IMG/VR virus record: IMGVR_UViG_3300029922_000001
Span: 62,001 to 126,000 of that record
Reading direction: 5' to 3' (one strand)
DNA: 64,000 nt
Shown here: piece by piece, positions 47,973-56,432 of the stretch
Numbering within the stretch: the stretch's first letter is position 1
Layout of the letters: each line of letters starts with the position of its first letter
Program-made: the position numbers and the translations under genes
The notes under the pieces: generated by a model
Seen by the model: the letters and a program-made list of their open reading frames with translations, nothing else
Database searches by the model: none
Told to the model about the DNA's origin: nothing

Positions 47973-49859
47973 TTATACATTTTTTATTTTGCAAATACCA
48001 AATGTTGGTTTAGTAGATACATCAACAGGAATTATGTTAAAGTGATATGTTTCTTGAATATTTTTTTGAATGGAATACAATAAATCCTCAGTACCATAAA
48101 TAACCATCAATTGTTTAGGCTGTAAAGTCGGTATTAGTATTTTAAGTAAATTATCCAATTGTGTACCAGCAGTTTGAAGAAATAAAGGATTGGTTGATAC
48201 TGCCAAAGTATCCAACAAAATTAAATCACTATTTTGAACTTGGTATTCAATGTCATTTTCTATGTATGGCTTGTGAAGACTTATAAGCTTTGCCAACATA
48301 AGATGATCTTGATAAATAAGCTTAATATTTTGCGTTATCTTAAATGGTGCATGTTCATACAAATCCTGAAGATCCTTATTCATCCCATTAATAACGGAAT
48401 AGACCTTTTTGCCCTGTAAAGCAGCATGTAGACAAAATATACCATTACCAGGTGTAGCTTCTAAGACACTCTTAATACCATTGCCTTCCAAAATAGAGTT
48501 AAATGTGTTTATTGCATTTGTGTTGGGACTCAAATCATTAGCAAAAGTCCTGCCTGTAGTATTAATAAACATATTTGGGTCCATATCGACATTGAATCCA
48601 ACTTTAGACTTAGCAATAAACCCATCTAACAATGCCCTGGAATTACCGTTAAAATGTAGAATTTTAGCTGGCAGTTTATTAACATCATCTATGCTTTTTA
48701 TTTTATCCAAGTGAGAATGTAGCTGATAATTGTAACTATTCTTAATGAAAGCTGTGTTTTTTAGTCTAATAGTGGCAATGTTAGTTAATATTTGTTCTCT
48801 AATGGAATTAAACTTGTGCGATTCCCAAATTTCTGCTTTTGGAAACATTCTCAATAAGATATCTTCTATTGCATAGAAAGCCTGTCGTGAACCACCATAA
48901 ACACCTGTGTTGATTACTATTTTAGACTTACATTCATCTTCGGTTAACCCTAAATCTATTAATTCTTCAAGATTAGAATCATAAATCCATGATGCAGATT
49001 CATATAGTCTAATATAAGGTGTCATCCCTAATTCTTTAGTGGTGATAAAGACACTATCATCTAAAACCTTCAATGCTTCTAATAATTGACCAACAACATC
49101 TTCTTTAAACAACATATCACAGTCTAAAAATAAGAAATATTCAGAATCACACACATGAGGAATGGAGTGAGAAATTAGTTTCTTACCAATAGCTGTTTTA
49201 TTCTTTTTGTCTTCGCATTTAATTTCAATTACATTATTGTCTAAACAAAACTTTTCAACTTCAGGCGTACTATCAAAAGAAAGAGCGATAAATTGCAGAT
49301 CGTTTAAGTTTGAAACTTCACTTAATGAATCCAGCATGGATTTGAACAACTTTAGGAAGTTGGGTGTAATGGTTGTCATTATTGAGATTGGCTTAGAAGT
49401 GTTTTTAGGAGTTGTATTAGCCCATAAATGAGAGAAGCATCCTTGGAATTTATTAATTTTCTCTTTACTTAATTTGGGATCAATCCAGATGCTATGAGCA
49501 TTACCTGTGGTTTTTAAAGTGAGTATTTTAGCTCCACGTAAATTACAAGCAATGCTTCTCTTTCCATCCCCTTTAATCAATTGTGGTATGTGAGCAACTA
49601 ATAAATCATCCGCATATACAAAAAATTCTGAAAATCTATCATCTAAACAAGTGGAATTTATGCCAACCTCCATAATTAGAGATTCCCATTCGCCGTTTAA
49701 GTCGAAAACTAATTCACTAGGTGGGTGAGCAGAAAAACTACGTGTGTAATATTGATCTTTGACGTTGATCCACTCATTATCATAACCAGTCACACCTGAA
49801 TAACCTATATTCTGGTATCCAGACACTGCTTTAATGGGTTTCAAGTCATCTAAATACAT
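47973..49859 (-). CDS. NPCBM - GT8-like glycosyltransferase - methyltransferase-like fusion
   Basis: N-terminal YLDDLKP..SAHPPSELVFDL..VGIN..YADD..HSIWIDPKL (NPCBM); FLFLDCDML, INTGV, EQ, YNYQ, ILHFNG (GT8); VLEATPGNG (SAM-binding-like). Confidence 0.75.
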   Translation of the reverse strand: MYLDDLKPIKAVSGYQNIGYSGVTGYDNEWINVKDQYYTRSFSAHPPSELVFDLNGEWESLIMEVGINSTCLDDRFSEFFVYADDLLVAHIPQLIKGDGKRSIACNLRGAKILTLKTTGNAHSIWIDPKLSKEKINKFQGCFSHLWANTTPKNTSKPISIMTTITPNFLKLFKSMLDSLSEVSNLNDLQFIALSFDSTPEVEKFCLDNNVIEIKCEDKKNKTAIGKKLISHSIPHVCDSEYFLFLDCDMLFKEDVVGQLLEALKVLDDSVFITTKELGMTPYIRLYESASWIYDSNLEELIDLGLTEDECKSKIVINTGVYGGSRQAFYAIEDILLRMFPKAEIWESHKFNSIREQILTNIATIRLKNTAFIKNSYNYQLHSHLDKIKSIDDVNKLPAKILHFNGNSRALLDGFIAKSKVGFNVDMDPNMFINTTGRTFANDLSPNTNAINTFNSILEGNGIKSVLEATPGNGIFCLHAALQGKKVYSVINGMNKDLQDLYEHAPFKITQNIKLIYQDHLMLAKLISLHKPYIENDIEYQVQNSDLILLDTLAVSTNPLFLQTAGTQLDNLLKILIPTLQPKQLMVIYGTEDLLYSIQKNIQETYHFNIIPVDVSTKPTFGICKIKNV

Positions 49860-51205
49860 TATTTAAGCTCCTTATACAAAAACTCCACATTTGGAGTGAA
49901 ATTCAAAATAGTATTATACTGCTGTAAAAGATTTATTCCGTCATCTGCTGTAAAGAGTAGAACTTTAATATCTCCATACTCAGAAGTTGCAACGATCTTA
50001 TCGTGAACGTTGAAAATTTGCAGATTCTGAACGTTGTGTGGTAATTCACCATACTCTCTGTCTAGCGTAGTTATGTTTTTGCTTCTACATCCATATAGAT
50101 TTAACAAAGCGCCGTGACGATTCCATGTTTCACCATATTTTGACTGTTCCCACTCAGCTAAATACGGATAAAAAGTCTTAATGGCACTATCCATTGCCAT
50201 CATTGCCTTTTTAGAAGCTAAAAAGAAAACCGAGTTAACAACGGTACTATAATGTCTTTCATTCTCATTAATTCGTAATTTTTCTAAGTCGCCTCTACTA
50301 GACACATAAAGATTTAAACCGGGTTCAACCATTGATGATTCGATTGTTGTAATGAAATTAGGTTTATATAATGGTGCAACGACATTATAAACAGGAGTGA
50401 CATTGAAAATATCAACTAAAGGCATAACGTTATCAAAAAATATCACACCAGGAGTGAGACTGATATAGTAATCAGCATTGACAACATAATGTGTTTTGTA
50501 TAAAGCAGTCTGTTCAGTGCCAGGGTTGCTTTTAACCACCATTTCACATTTAACCCAAAATGGTTTAAATGCACTAAATTTCCTCATTACATCTTCTGAA
50601 AGATTAAAATAATAAAGTATTAAAGGCGTTTTAGAACCATCATTAAAAGCGTAAAACGAAGAGAGTGTCTTTAATGCCATTTCCACCTTGTCTTCAGCCA
50701 CACACATAGCAATAGCTGTCTTAAATTTAGCTTTAGGCATGACATTAATTGGAATTCTAATTTTCCCAACAGGACCACTCGTATACACTGGTTTAGTTTT
50801 AAACAATAAAGGCTCTATCCATACTGAATGTGCATGTTGGTGAGTGTTACTGTGTGTGATTAGTTTTAATTGTCGTACACCTTCTAAATTAATATCTAAG
50901 TATACAATACCGTTTTCTTGTTTAATACCATTAGCTATACCTAATAATTCTTTACCAGACCATATTTGGAAATCAATAGAGACATAATCTGAACCTGTAT
51001 CGTTAATTGCGCATCCAATAGTCATCCAAGAGTATTTAGCATCTAAATCGTAAATTAATTCAGAGTTAGAATGAACACTAAGCGAATTCAAGAATTTTTG
51101 ACCTTTGATAGCGATAAATTTATCTTCAAAACCAAGAGTGCCATTTAACCCCAATTCTCCATATCCAGTTTTCTTTTCTATAGGAGTTGTTCTACTGAGA
51201 AACAT
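49859..51205 (-). CDS. NPCBM domain fused to a degenerate GT8-like domain
   Basis: SLSVHSNSELIYDL..AIND..FQIW..HSVWIEPLL (NPCBM); C-half follows the GT8 layout but has YYISLTPG where DxD is expected. Confidence 0.65.
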   Translation of the reverse strand: MFLSRTTPIEKKTGYGELGLNGTLGFEDKFIAIKGQKFLNSLSVHSNSELIYDLDAKYSWMTIGCAINDTGSDYVSIDFQIWSGKELLGIANGIKQENGIVYLDINLEGVRQLKLITHSNTHQHAHSVWIEPLLFKTKPVYTSGPVGKIRIPINVMPKAKFKTAIAMCVAEDKVEMALKTLSSFYAFNDGSKTPLILYYFNLSEDVMRKFSAFKPFWVKCEMVVKSNPGTEQTALYKTHYVVNADYYISLTPGVIFFDNVMPLVDIFNVTPVYNVVAPLYKPNFITTIESSMVEPGLNLYVSSRGDLEKLRINENERHYSTVVNSVFFLASKKAMMAMDSAIKTFYPYLAEWEQSKYGETWNRHGALLNLYGCRSKNITTLDREYGELPHNVQNLQIFNVHDKIVATSEYGDIKVLLFTADDGINLLQQYNTILNFTPNVEFLYKELK

Positions 51206-51211
51206 ATCTTA

Positions 51212-52681
51212 TTATATGTAATTATTGTTATTAGTGCGAATCCATTGACGAATAGGATTCTGCATGTCTCTTTCGACTGGATGCACCCAGTAATCCATAG
51301 GACCAATTTTGATATTCTCTATATTAAACTCCATTCGAAATTTAATATAATCAAAAGAAATAGGATTACGTTTACACTCTAAATTAGCACCAAGACACAT
51401 TAAGTTAAAGAATATTTCTTCTGTAGCAAATATCTTACTATCATTGATGGCTTGTGCATACAAAGGATCTTTGCAAGCTTGTAATATAGCGTCTGCTCCC
51501 TTTTTGGTAATGACGGTACCAGGATTAAAAGTCCAAAACTGATGGGTTTTTATAGGTATTTTATATTTTTCTACAATTGGTTCCCATATAGCAATTTCAT
51601 CATGAAAAGTGCGAATAGGATATGGTTCCATGTATTCATTAGAATCCTTAACAAAAGCAGGGAATTTATGCGAACCGTTTGGAGAAATCCAAATTCCAAC
51701 TTTAGGATTTTGGATTTTAGACATTAAATTACTATAGCCTTTTTGAAGTAAAAGTTGGTCAGAATCACAGTTTGTAATGGTGTCATAATTGAAATTATCA
51801 TTAGCAAACAACATACAATCAATCATGAAGTCGTGTAAACGTCCATATGATTGAGGTTGTGACTTTGGATGAATATATACGTTTGGGTATTGTTTTAGAT
51901 CAAAATTTTTAAGTAATTTCATATCATGACCACCATTATATAAAATTATCTTACTATGAGGATCAAAATATGTTAAATTTTTAACCATGTCTAGTACAAC
52001 GTCAATCTTTTCGTGTACTAAACAGGCAAACACATTTTGGAACTCTGGTTTAGGCGTAATGACTTTAGACATAGACGGATTTGAATTAATAACAGATAGT
52101 AAAGCTGTAGAGTTCTGATAATGTCTTTGTTTTTTGTAAATTTCAAATTCAGGTAAATAGAATGTCTGAATTTCATCCTTAACACCTAAATCAACCGTCT
52201 TTTGTGTGGTGGGAGTTTGAAATAGGGTTGGTATGACTTTTTCAGCAATAAGCCCTTTTTGTTTGTTGCAGTTTTTAAGTCGGACAAGATAATTACCAAT
52301 ATTTTTCAAAGCCTGAGTTTTGTAAATACCAATATTGAACCAATGTTCATCACACGCTGGATAATAATCGTATTTCATAGGGATACGTCTAATTAGTTTA
52401 CTATAAAAATTATCTCCAACGTCACACGTATCATGAATTAGAAAAACATATTCCTCTTCAATATTTTGTTCAATCACTTCAATAAGAATAGAGTATTCAA
52501 ACGAATTATGCGTCACATAATGATAAACAATGTCATTATTGACTTCAATTTTTTCCTGAGTATTTCCAGTAACCACTACGTAAATATCGTTGGCTGGCAC
52601 ACCAACGCTACATAGTTTTTTAACCAAATTATGTGTTTGATCAATATAATTGATAAATCCAGCAACCATTATTTTAACCAT
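51212..52681 (-). CDS. Two-domain glycosyltransferase-like protein
   Basis: N-domain THNSFEY..FLIHDTC; C-domain FACLVHE..IILYNGG..NCDSD (DxD); GGAG SD before 52681. Confidence 0.6.
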   Translation of the reverse strand: MVKIMVAGFINYIDQTHNLVKKLCSVGVPANDIYVVVTGNTQEKIEVNNDIVYHYVTHNSFEYSILIEVIEQNIEEEYVFLIHDTCDVGDNFYSKLIRRIPMKYDYYPACDEHWFNIGIYKTQALKNIGNYLVRLKNCNKQKGLIAEKVIPTLFQTPTTQKTVDLGVKDEIQTFYLPEFEIYKKQRHYQNSTALLSVINSNPSMSKVITPKPEFQNVFACLVHEKIDVVLDMVKNLTYFDPHSKIILYNGGHDMKLLKNFDLKQYPNVYIHPKSQPQSYGRLHDFMIDCMLFANDNFNYDTITNCDSDQLLLQKGYSNLMSKIQNPKVGIWISPNGSHKFPAFVKDSNEYMEPYPIRTFHDEIAIWEPIVEKYKIPIKTHQFWTFNPGTVITKKGADAILQACKDPLYAQAINDSKIFATEEIFFNLMCLGANLECKRNPISFDYIKFRMEFNIENIKIGPMDYWVHPVERDMQNPIRQWIRTNNNNYI

Positions 52682-53360
52682 TAATAACTCCATCTGTATC
52701 AAAACAAACATTTGTTCCAGAGACTTTCACACTTTGATTTTTGCATAAATACAATAACATTTGATTAACATTAGAATTCACCGAACCACTTTTCATTTCG
52801 GACATCAAATAATCATTAAGCTTCCGATCCCAACCAATTGCAGCAGGAACGTAAAAGTCTTTTGCTCTAACGTAAAAAGACGGTATCGAATAGAATTCAC
52901 TAGTGTTGCTATTATAGTCATTCCATAAATATTGATAATCTTCTGGATTTTTGATAGCACTCAAACTAGAATTTGCCCAAGTGTTAGCAAAACCCAATGG
53001 TATAGAACCCCAAGTTTGATGATAAGGAATGATAAAAGGACAATTTACAATATTTGGAATCACAATAAATTCGGAATCAATCACTGCTAACGAATCGCCT
53101 TCAACCGTATCTTTGATTGAATAAAACCTCTTATGAGTACTTGTTAAAGATAGTAAAAATGGCGTATATGCATCAAACTTGTCAACAGTATGAATATTTA
53201 AATTTGGATAATCTAACTTCAATTGTTGCAAATAGACATATAGATAAATATTGTTTTTATCCACAATTGCCGTCACTTCTTTTATGTCGCTACTTAAAAA
53301 TAAATAGTTCAATATGTTTTTTGTTTTTTCTTTTTGAGTAGAAAATACGTAGACGTGCAT
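52674..53360 (-). CDS. Hypothetical, possibly GT-A-like protein
   Basis: Beta-alpha N-terminus and AVIDSEF; inside the glycosyltransferase cluster. TATAAT 6 nt before ATG 53360. Confidence 0.45.
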   Translation of the reverse strand: MHVYVFSTQKEKTKNILNYLFLSSDIKEVTAIVDKNNIYLYVYLQQLKLDYPNLNIHTVDKFDAYTPFLLSLTSTHKRFYSIKDTVEGDSLAVIDSEFIVIPNIVNCPFIIPYHQTWGSIPLGFANTWANSSLSAIKNPEDYQYLWNDYNSNTSEFYSIPSFYVRAKDFYVPAAIGWDRKLNDYLMSEMKSGSVNSNVNQMLLYLCKNQSVKVSGTNVCFDTDGVING

Positions 53361-53376
53361 AATATCATTATACATT

Positions 53377-53943
53377 TTAGCTTTCTGGATTTATCAAAAG
53401 ACTATTTGTATTTGGATCAATTGCAGCTTGAGTTTTGCCTATATTGCCTGTAATCGTATTACTGTCAGTGGATGCCCCACCATAACATGTAATTTCTTTA
53501 ATACCAGTCCAGCCTTTTTCATTTTTATACTGTTCCCATTGTGTTTGATTAACTTGTCGTCCTGGTTCCACAGTATATATTTTTTCGCCGTTCTCATTGC
53601 TACTGGAATGAACAAATAAATTACGTTGACCATCTTTGGATGTAATAATGAAAGGTGGACTATCTGGACCTACTTTGCTTTGGAATTTTTCAATTTCACC
53701 TGGATCTAAGGCGAAACTAGTGATTTGATTACTTTCTAATTTACCACCACTATATGGCTTGATTGGATTCCCGTTTGCATCTGTTAAACTAGAACCTCCC
53801 GTTGGAGCAGTGACAACATTGTAATTCATTTGAGATAATTTGATGTATTGTGCGAATAAATCAGTAATTTGATCTGCCTCCAAATCATAACCCTTTGCAT
53901 CTATTCTGTTAGCAAATTTTAAAAACTGTTCTGCGTATTTCAT
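53377..53943 (-). CDS. Hypothetical protein with N-terminal helical tag
   Basis: Start reassigned to MKYAEQF (GGAG SD); KFANRIDAKGYDLEADQIT then IKLSQ. Confidence 0.7.
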   Translation of the reverse strand: MKYAEQFLKFANRIDAKGYDLEADQITDLFAQYIKLSQMNYNVVTAPTGGSSLTDANGNPIKPYSGGKLESNQITSFALDPGEIEKFQSKVGPDSPPFIITSKDGQRNLFVHSSSNENGEKIYTVEPGRQVNQTQWEQYKNEKGWTGIKEITCYGGASTDSNTITGNIGKTQAAIDPNTNSLLINPES

Positions 53944-54031
53944 CTGTTTTAACTCCAATATCATTCTCTTTTTTGACGTACATAATAAGGCATATAATAA
54001 ATAAGCTATAGTATATATAAGAAGAATTTTT

Positions 54032-55036
54032 TTATCCCAATCCACTATGCCAAATTTGACGATACATTCTAGACATTCCACCAGGCATTGTATTGGTAGG
54101 AGAGACGATAGAGAAGATATGTGGGTACCTTGAATAAGGTAAAGTTTCCTTATACTTTTCATAATCTTCTTTGTATGTCGCAGCCAATCCCTTAACATAA
54201 TCTGGTGTAATATTACTGTTAACCAACAACCTTTGTGTTTGTTGATTAAGAATTCTTGTTTGTAAGCTTCTCATAAGGAAATAACCAGCCCCTGAAATCA
54301 AAGCTGCATCCCATTCAAATGGTGCTTGAGCTACATTTTCAATTTTATAAGTACCAGGTAAAGCAGTAATTCCTGAAAGTGCCATTTTTAGAGCATCGTT
54401 CATCTCTCTGACAGTAAACATTCTGATTTGATAAGAAGCTACGACATCATCATATGGTTGTACTGCTTGAGGATTACCTTGAGTATTTACAGTATGTACA
54501 ACACCTTGATAATTAGGTTTAATTAATAATCCATCAGGGTAGTTTTGCCCTCCTTTAAGAGTTGTTTGAAAAATAGGATCATGATCACTTAAACCGGAAA
54601 ATCCACCAGGTTCAGCACTAGTAATTCTAAGTTCTAAAGGATTCCAATAATTCCAATTACCATGTTGAAATTTAGCCTTGGTACGTGTGTAATCAAAAAT
54701 CGCTAACTCATTACTTACGTTTACTTCAAGCAAATCTCTAACTTGATAATATAAACTTTGTTTAATTAAAGCTTCTTCACCCACAAATGGACCCATTGTA
54801 GATAGTACATTCATATTGGCATCTAATTCTACAACTTTGTAATAGTCAAATGGAGTACCATTAGCATCGTAATAATCATTAGCTGGAAATGGTATAATAT
54901 CTATTTCTTCATAATCGCCATTAAAGTTTAATGACTTTAGAATTTTATAGTAAGCTACATTTGTTCTGATTGTATAATCCCAAACAATGTAAATGGAGCG
55001 ACTATCATTATATAGCATTTCTCTGAAACATGACAT
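54032..55036 (-). CDS. Neck / head-completion-like protein
   Basis: FN3-like N-terminus (IVWD..AYYKILKS) plus helical adaptor-like C-terminus (REMNDALKMAL..FEWDAALISGA). Confidence 0.5.
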   Translation of the reverse strand: MSCFREMLYNDSRSIYIVWDYTIRTNVAYYKILKSLNFNGDYEEIDIIPFPANDYYDANGTPFDYYKVVELDANMNVLSTMGPFVGEEALIKQSLYYQVRDLLEVNVSNELAIFDYTRTKAKFQHGNWNYWNPLELRITSAEPGGFSGLSDHDPIFQTTLKGGQNYPDGLLIKPNYQGVVHTVNTQGNPQAVQPYDDVVASYQIRMFTVREMNDALKMALSGITALPGTYKIENVAQAPFEWDAALISGAGYFLMRSLQTRILNQQTQRLLVNSNITPDYVKGLAATYKEDYEKYKETLPYSRYPHIFSIVSPTNTMPGGMSRMYRQIWHSGLG

Positions 55037-55046
55037 AAATATATGT

Positions 55047-55072
55047 TACAAAAAAAGAGAGAAGAAACCTTT
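55047..55072 (-). promoter_or_regulatory. Putative promoter AAAGGTTTC-N14-GTA
   Basis: Ends 10 nt before ATG 55036; overlaps a terminator hairpin. Confidence 0.6.
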
Positions 55073-55087
55073 AATTTCTTCTCTCTT
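55050..55087 (-). terminator. Rho-independent terminator for 55105-55872
   Basis: 13-bp perfect stem 55055-55067 / 55075-55087 followed by a T run on the minus strand. Confidence 0.7.
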
Positions 55088-55104
55088 CATAATACATGTA
55101 TATA

Positions 55105-55872
55105 TTAATCTAGTTCAAGATCAATAGATTCACCCATTCCACCTAAGTCCAAGTCAACATCTGGTTGATCTAGGTCAAGTGCAATATCTCCTTTAGCTGC
55201 GTATCTACGAGTTGCGATACCACCATGTCCATCAGCTTCAGCAACATAGGCATTACCTCTTTGCTGTTGTTGTGGATTGTAAGCTGGTCTATTTAACATA
55301 GCAGGACTAATGATGTTACTCTTATTCTTAGCTAAGTGTTCTGCGAAATCGGCTGGATCTAGGTATTCACCCTTGGCAGCAGCTTCATCAGAAGCAATTT
55401 GGAAAGCCGTGACGAATGAACGAGAGTCATTTGCATATCCAGCAGTAGAGACACGACTCTTTTGCTTACCTGTAGCGGAATTAATATCCATCAATTGTGG
55501 AGCATTACGTCCGTATTTCTCACGAATATGGGATTCTCTTTCTTCTTGTGCCCAAGCTTCTTGTTCTTTTTCTTGCTTTCTCTTACGAAGCATAGTATAT
55601 GTTTTTCTGTCAATACGTTGTAGAAAACCGCAGTCTAGTGCCGCAGTTAAATCGCGTGAACCACGAACGTACATAGGGTTTTCATGAGTTAAATCTTCTG
55701 CCTCAAATGGGGGAATAGATAACTTGATGTCACCAATAAATAAAGGTGTAGGTACAATGCTTCTAACAAGGAAATCGGTTGGATTTGCATCGGTGTTAAA
55801 GCTTCTTTCTTCTGCTTGTGCGTTTTTAGCGCCTAATTTTGACGAACGTTGTGGATTTGATAATTTTCCCAT
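55105..55872 (-). CDS. Hypothetical protein
   Basis: 255 aa, AAGGAG SD, own promoter motif. Confidence 0.75.
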   Translation of the reverse strand: MGKLSNPQRSSKLGAKNAQAEERSFNTDANPTDFLVRSIVPTPLFIGDIKLSIPPFEAEDLTHENPMYVRGSRDLTAALDCGFLQRIDRKTYTMLRKRKQEKEQEAWAQEERESHIREKYGRNAPQLMDINSATGKQKSRVSTAGYANDSRSFVTAFQIASDEAAAKGEYLDPADFAEHLAKNKSNIISPAMLNRPAYNPQQQQRGNAYVAEADGHGGIATRRYAAKGDIALDLDQPDVDLDLGGMGESIDLELD

Positions 55873-55920
55873 TTTTCTCCTTTTTTTGTTTTTACCGTTT
55901 TTACGGGGGTAAATATTGTA

Positions 55921-55946
55921 TTCTGAATTTATATAAAAAATCCTTT
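55921..55946 (-). promoter_or_regulatory. Putative promoter AAAGGATTT-N14-GAA
   Basis: Best consensus copy, continuing as GAAT; upstream of 55872. Confidence 0.65.
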
Positions 55947-55947
55947 T

Positions 55948-56367
55948 TTAAATATTTATAATTTCTGGTGTCATGACTGGTCTTGGTTGAGAAGCTTGTG
56001 TTGGAGCTTCCATAGTGTGTTTTGACTTGATATAAGACTTAGGATTAAGAACGCCTTTAAGGTTTTCATTACCCATCCATAATTCATTTGAATCATGTTC
56101 TCTAGTGCCTGGAGCCGCGTCTTTCTTTCTTGTTTCACGTACACTTTTGCAATGTTGTGCAAATTCTCTACGTTTCTTTGTGGTACCAGATACTTTTTCT
56201 TTTCTAGTCATACCTTCTTGAATAGCGAAGGATGATGGTACTTTGTTGGCGTCATATTTTCCGCAAGGACTTTTGATCGCACTTAAATCTGCTGTCGATG
56301 GAAATAAATCTTCAAACACAAATCTATCTCCATTGTCATCATAATATTCAAATTCATATAATGGCAT
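55948..56367 (-). CDS. FmdB-like protein with degenerate zinc ribbon
   Basis: MPLYEF..SPCGK..KVPSSF matches the FmdB layout but most Cys ligands are missing. Confidence 0.5.
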   Translation of the reverse strand: MPLYEFEYYDDNGDRFVFEDLFPSTADLSAIKSPCGKYDANKVPSSFAIQEGMTRKEKVSGTTKKRREFAQHCKSVRETRKKDAAPGTREHDSNELWMGNENLKGVLNPKSYIKSKHTMEAPTQASQPRPVMTPEIINI

Positions 56368-56432
56368 TTTTGTTCTCCAATTTGTTTATACAGTGAAGCA
56401 GGATCGTATTTGTTTATTTATAATAAATAAGT

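Noticed and set aside
53944-54198. N-terminal extension of ORF 53377-54198
   Set aside because: Overlaps the neck gene and an AT-rich intergenic stretch; SD and tag position favour 53943.
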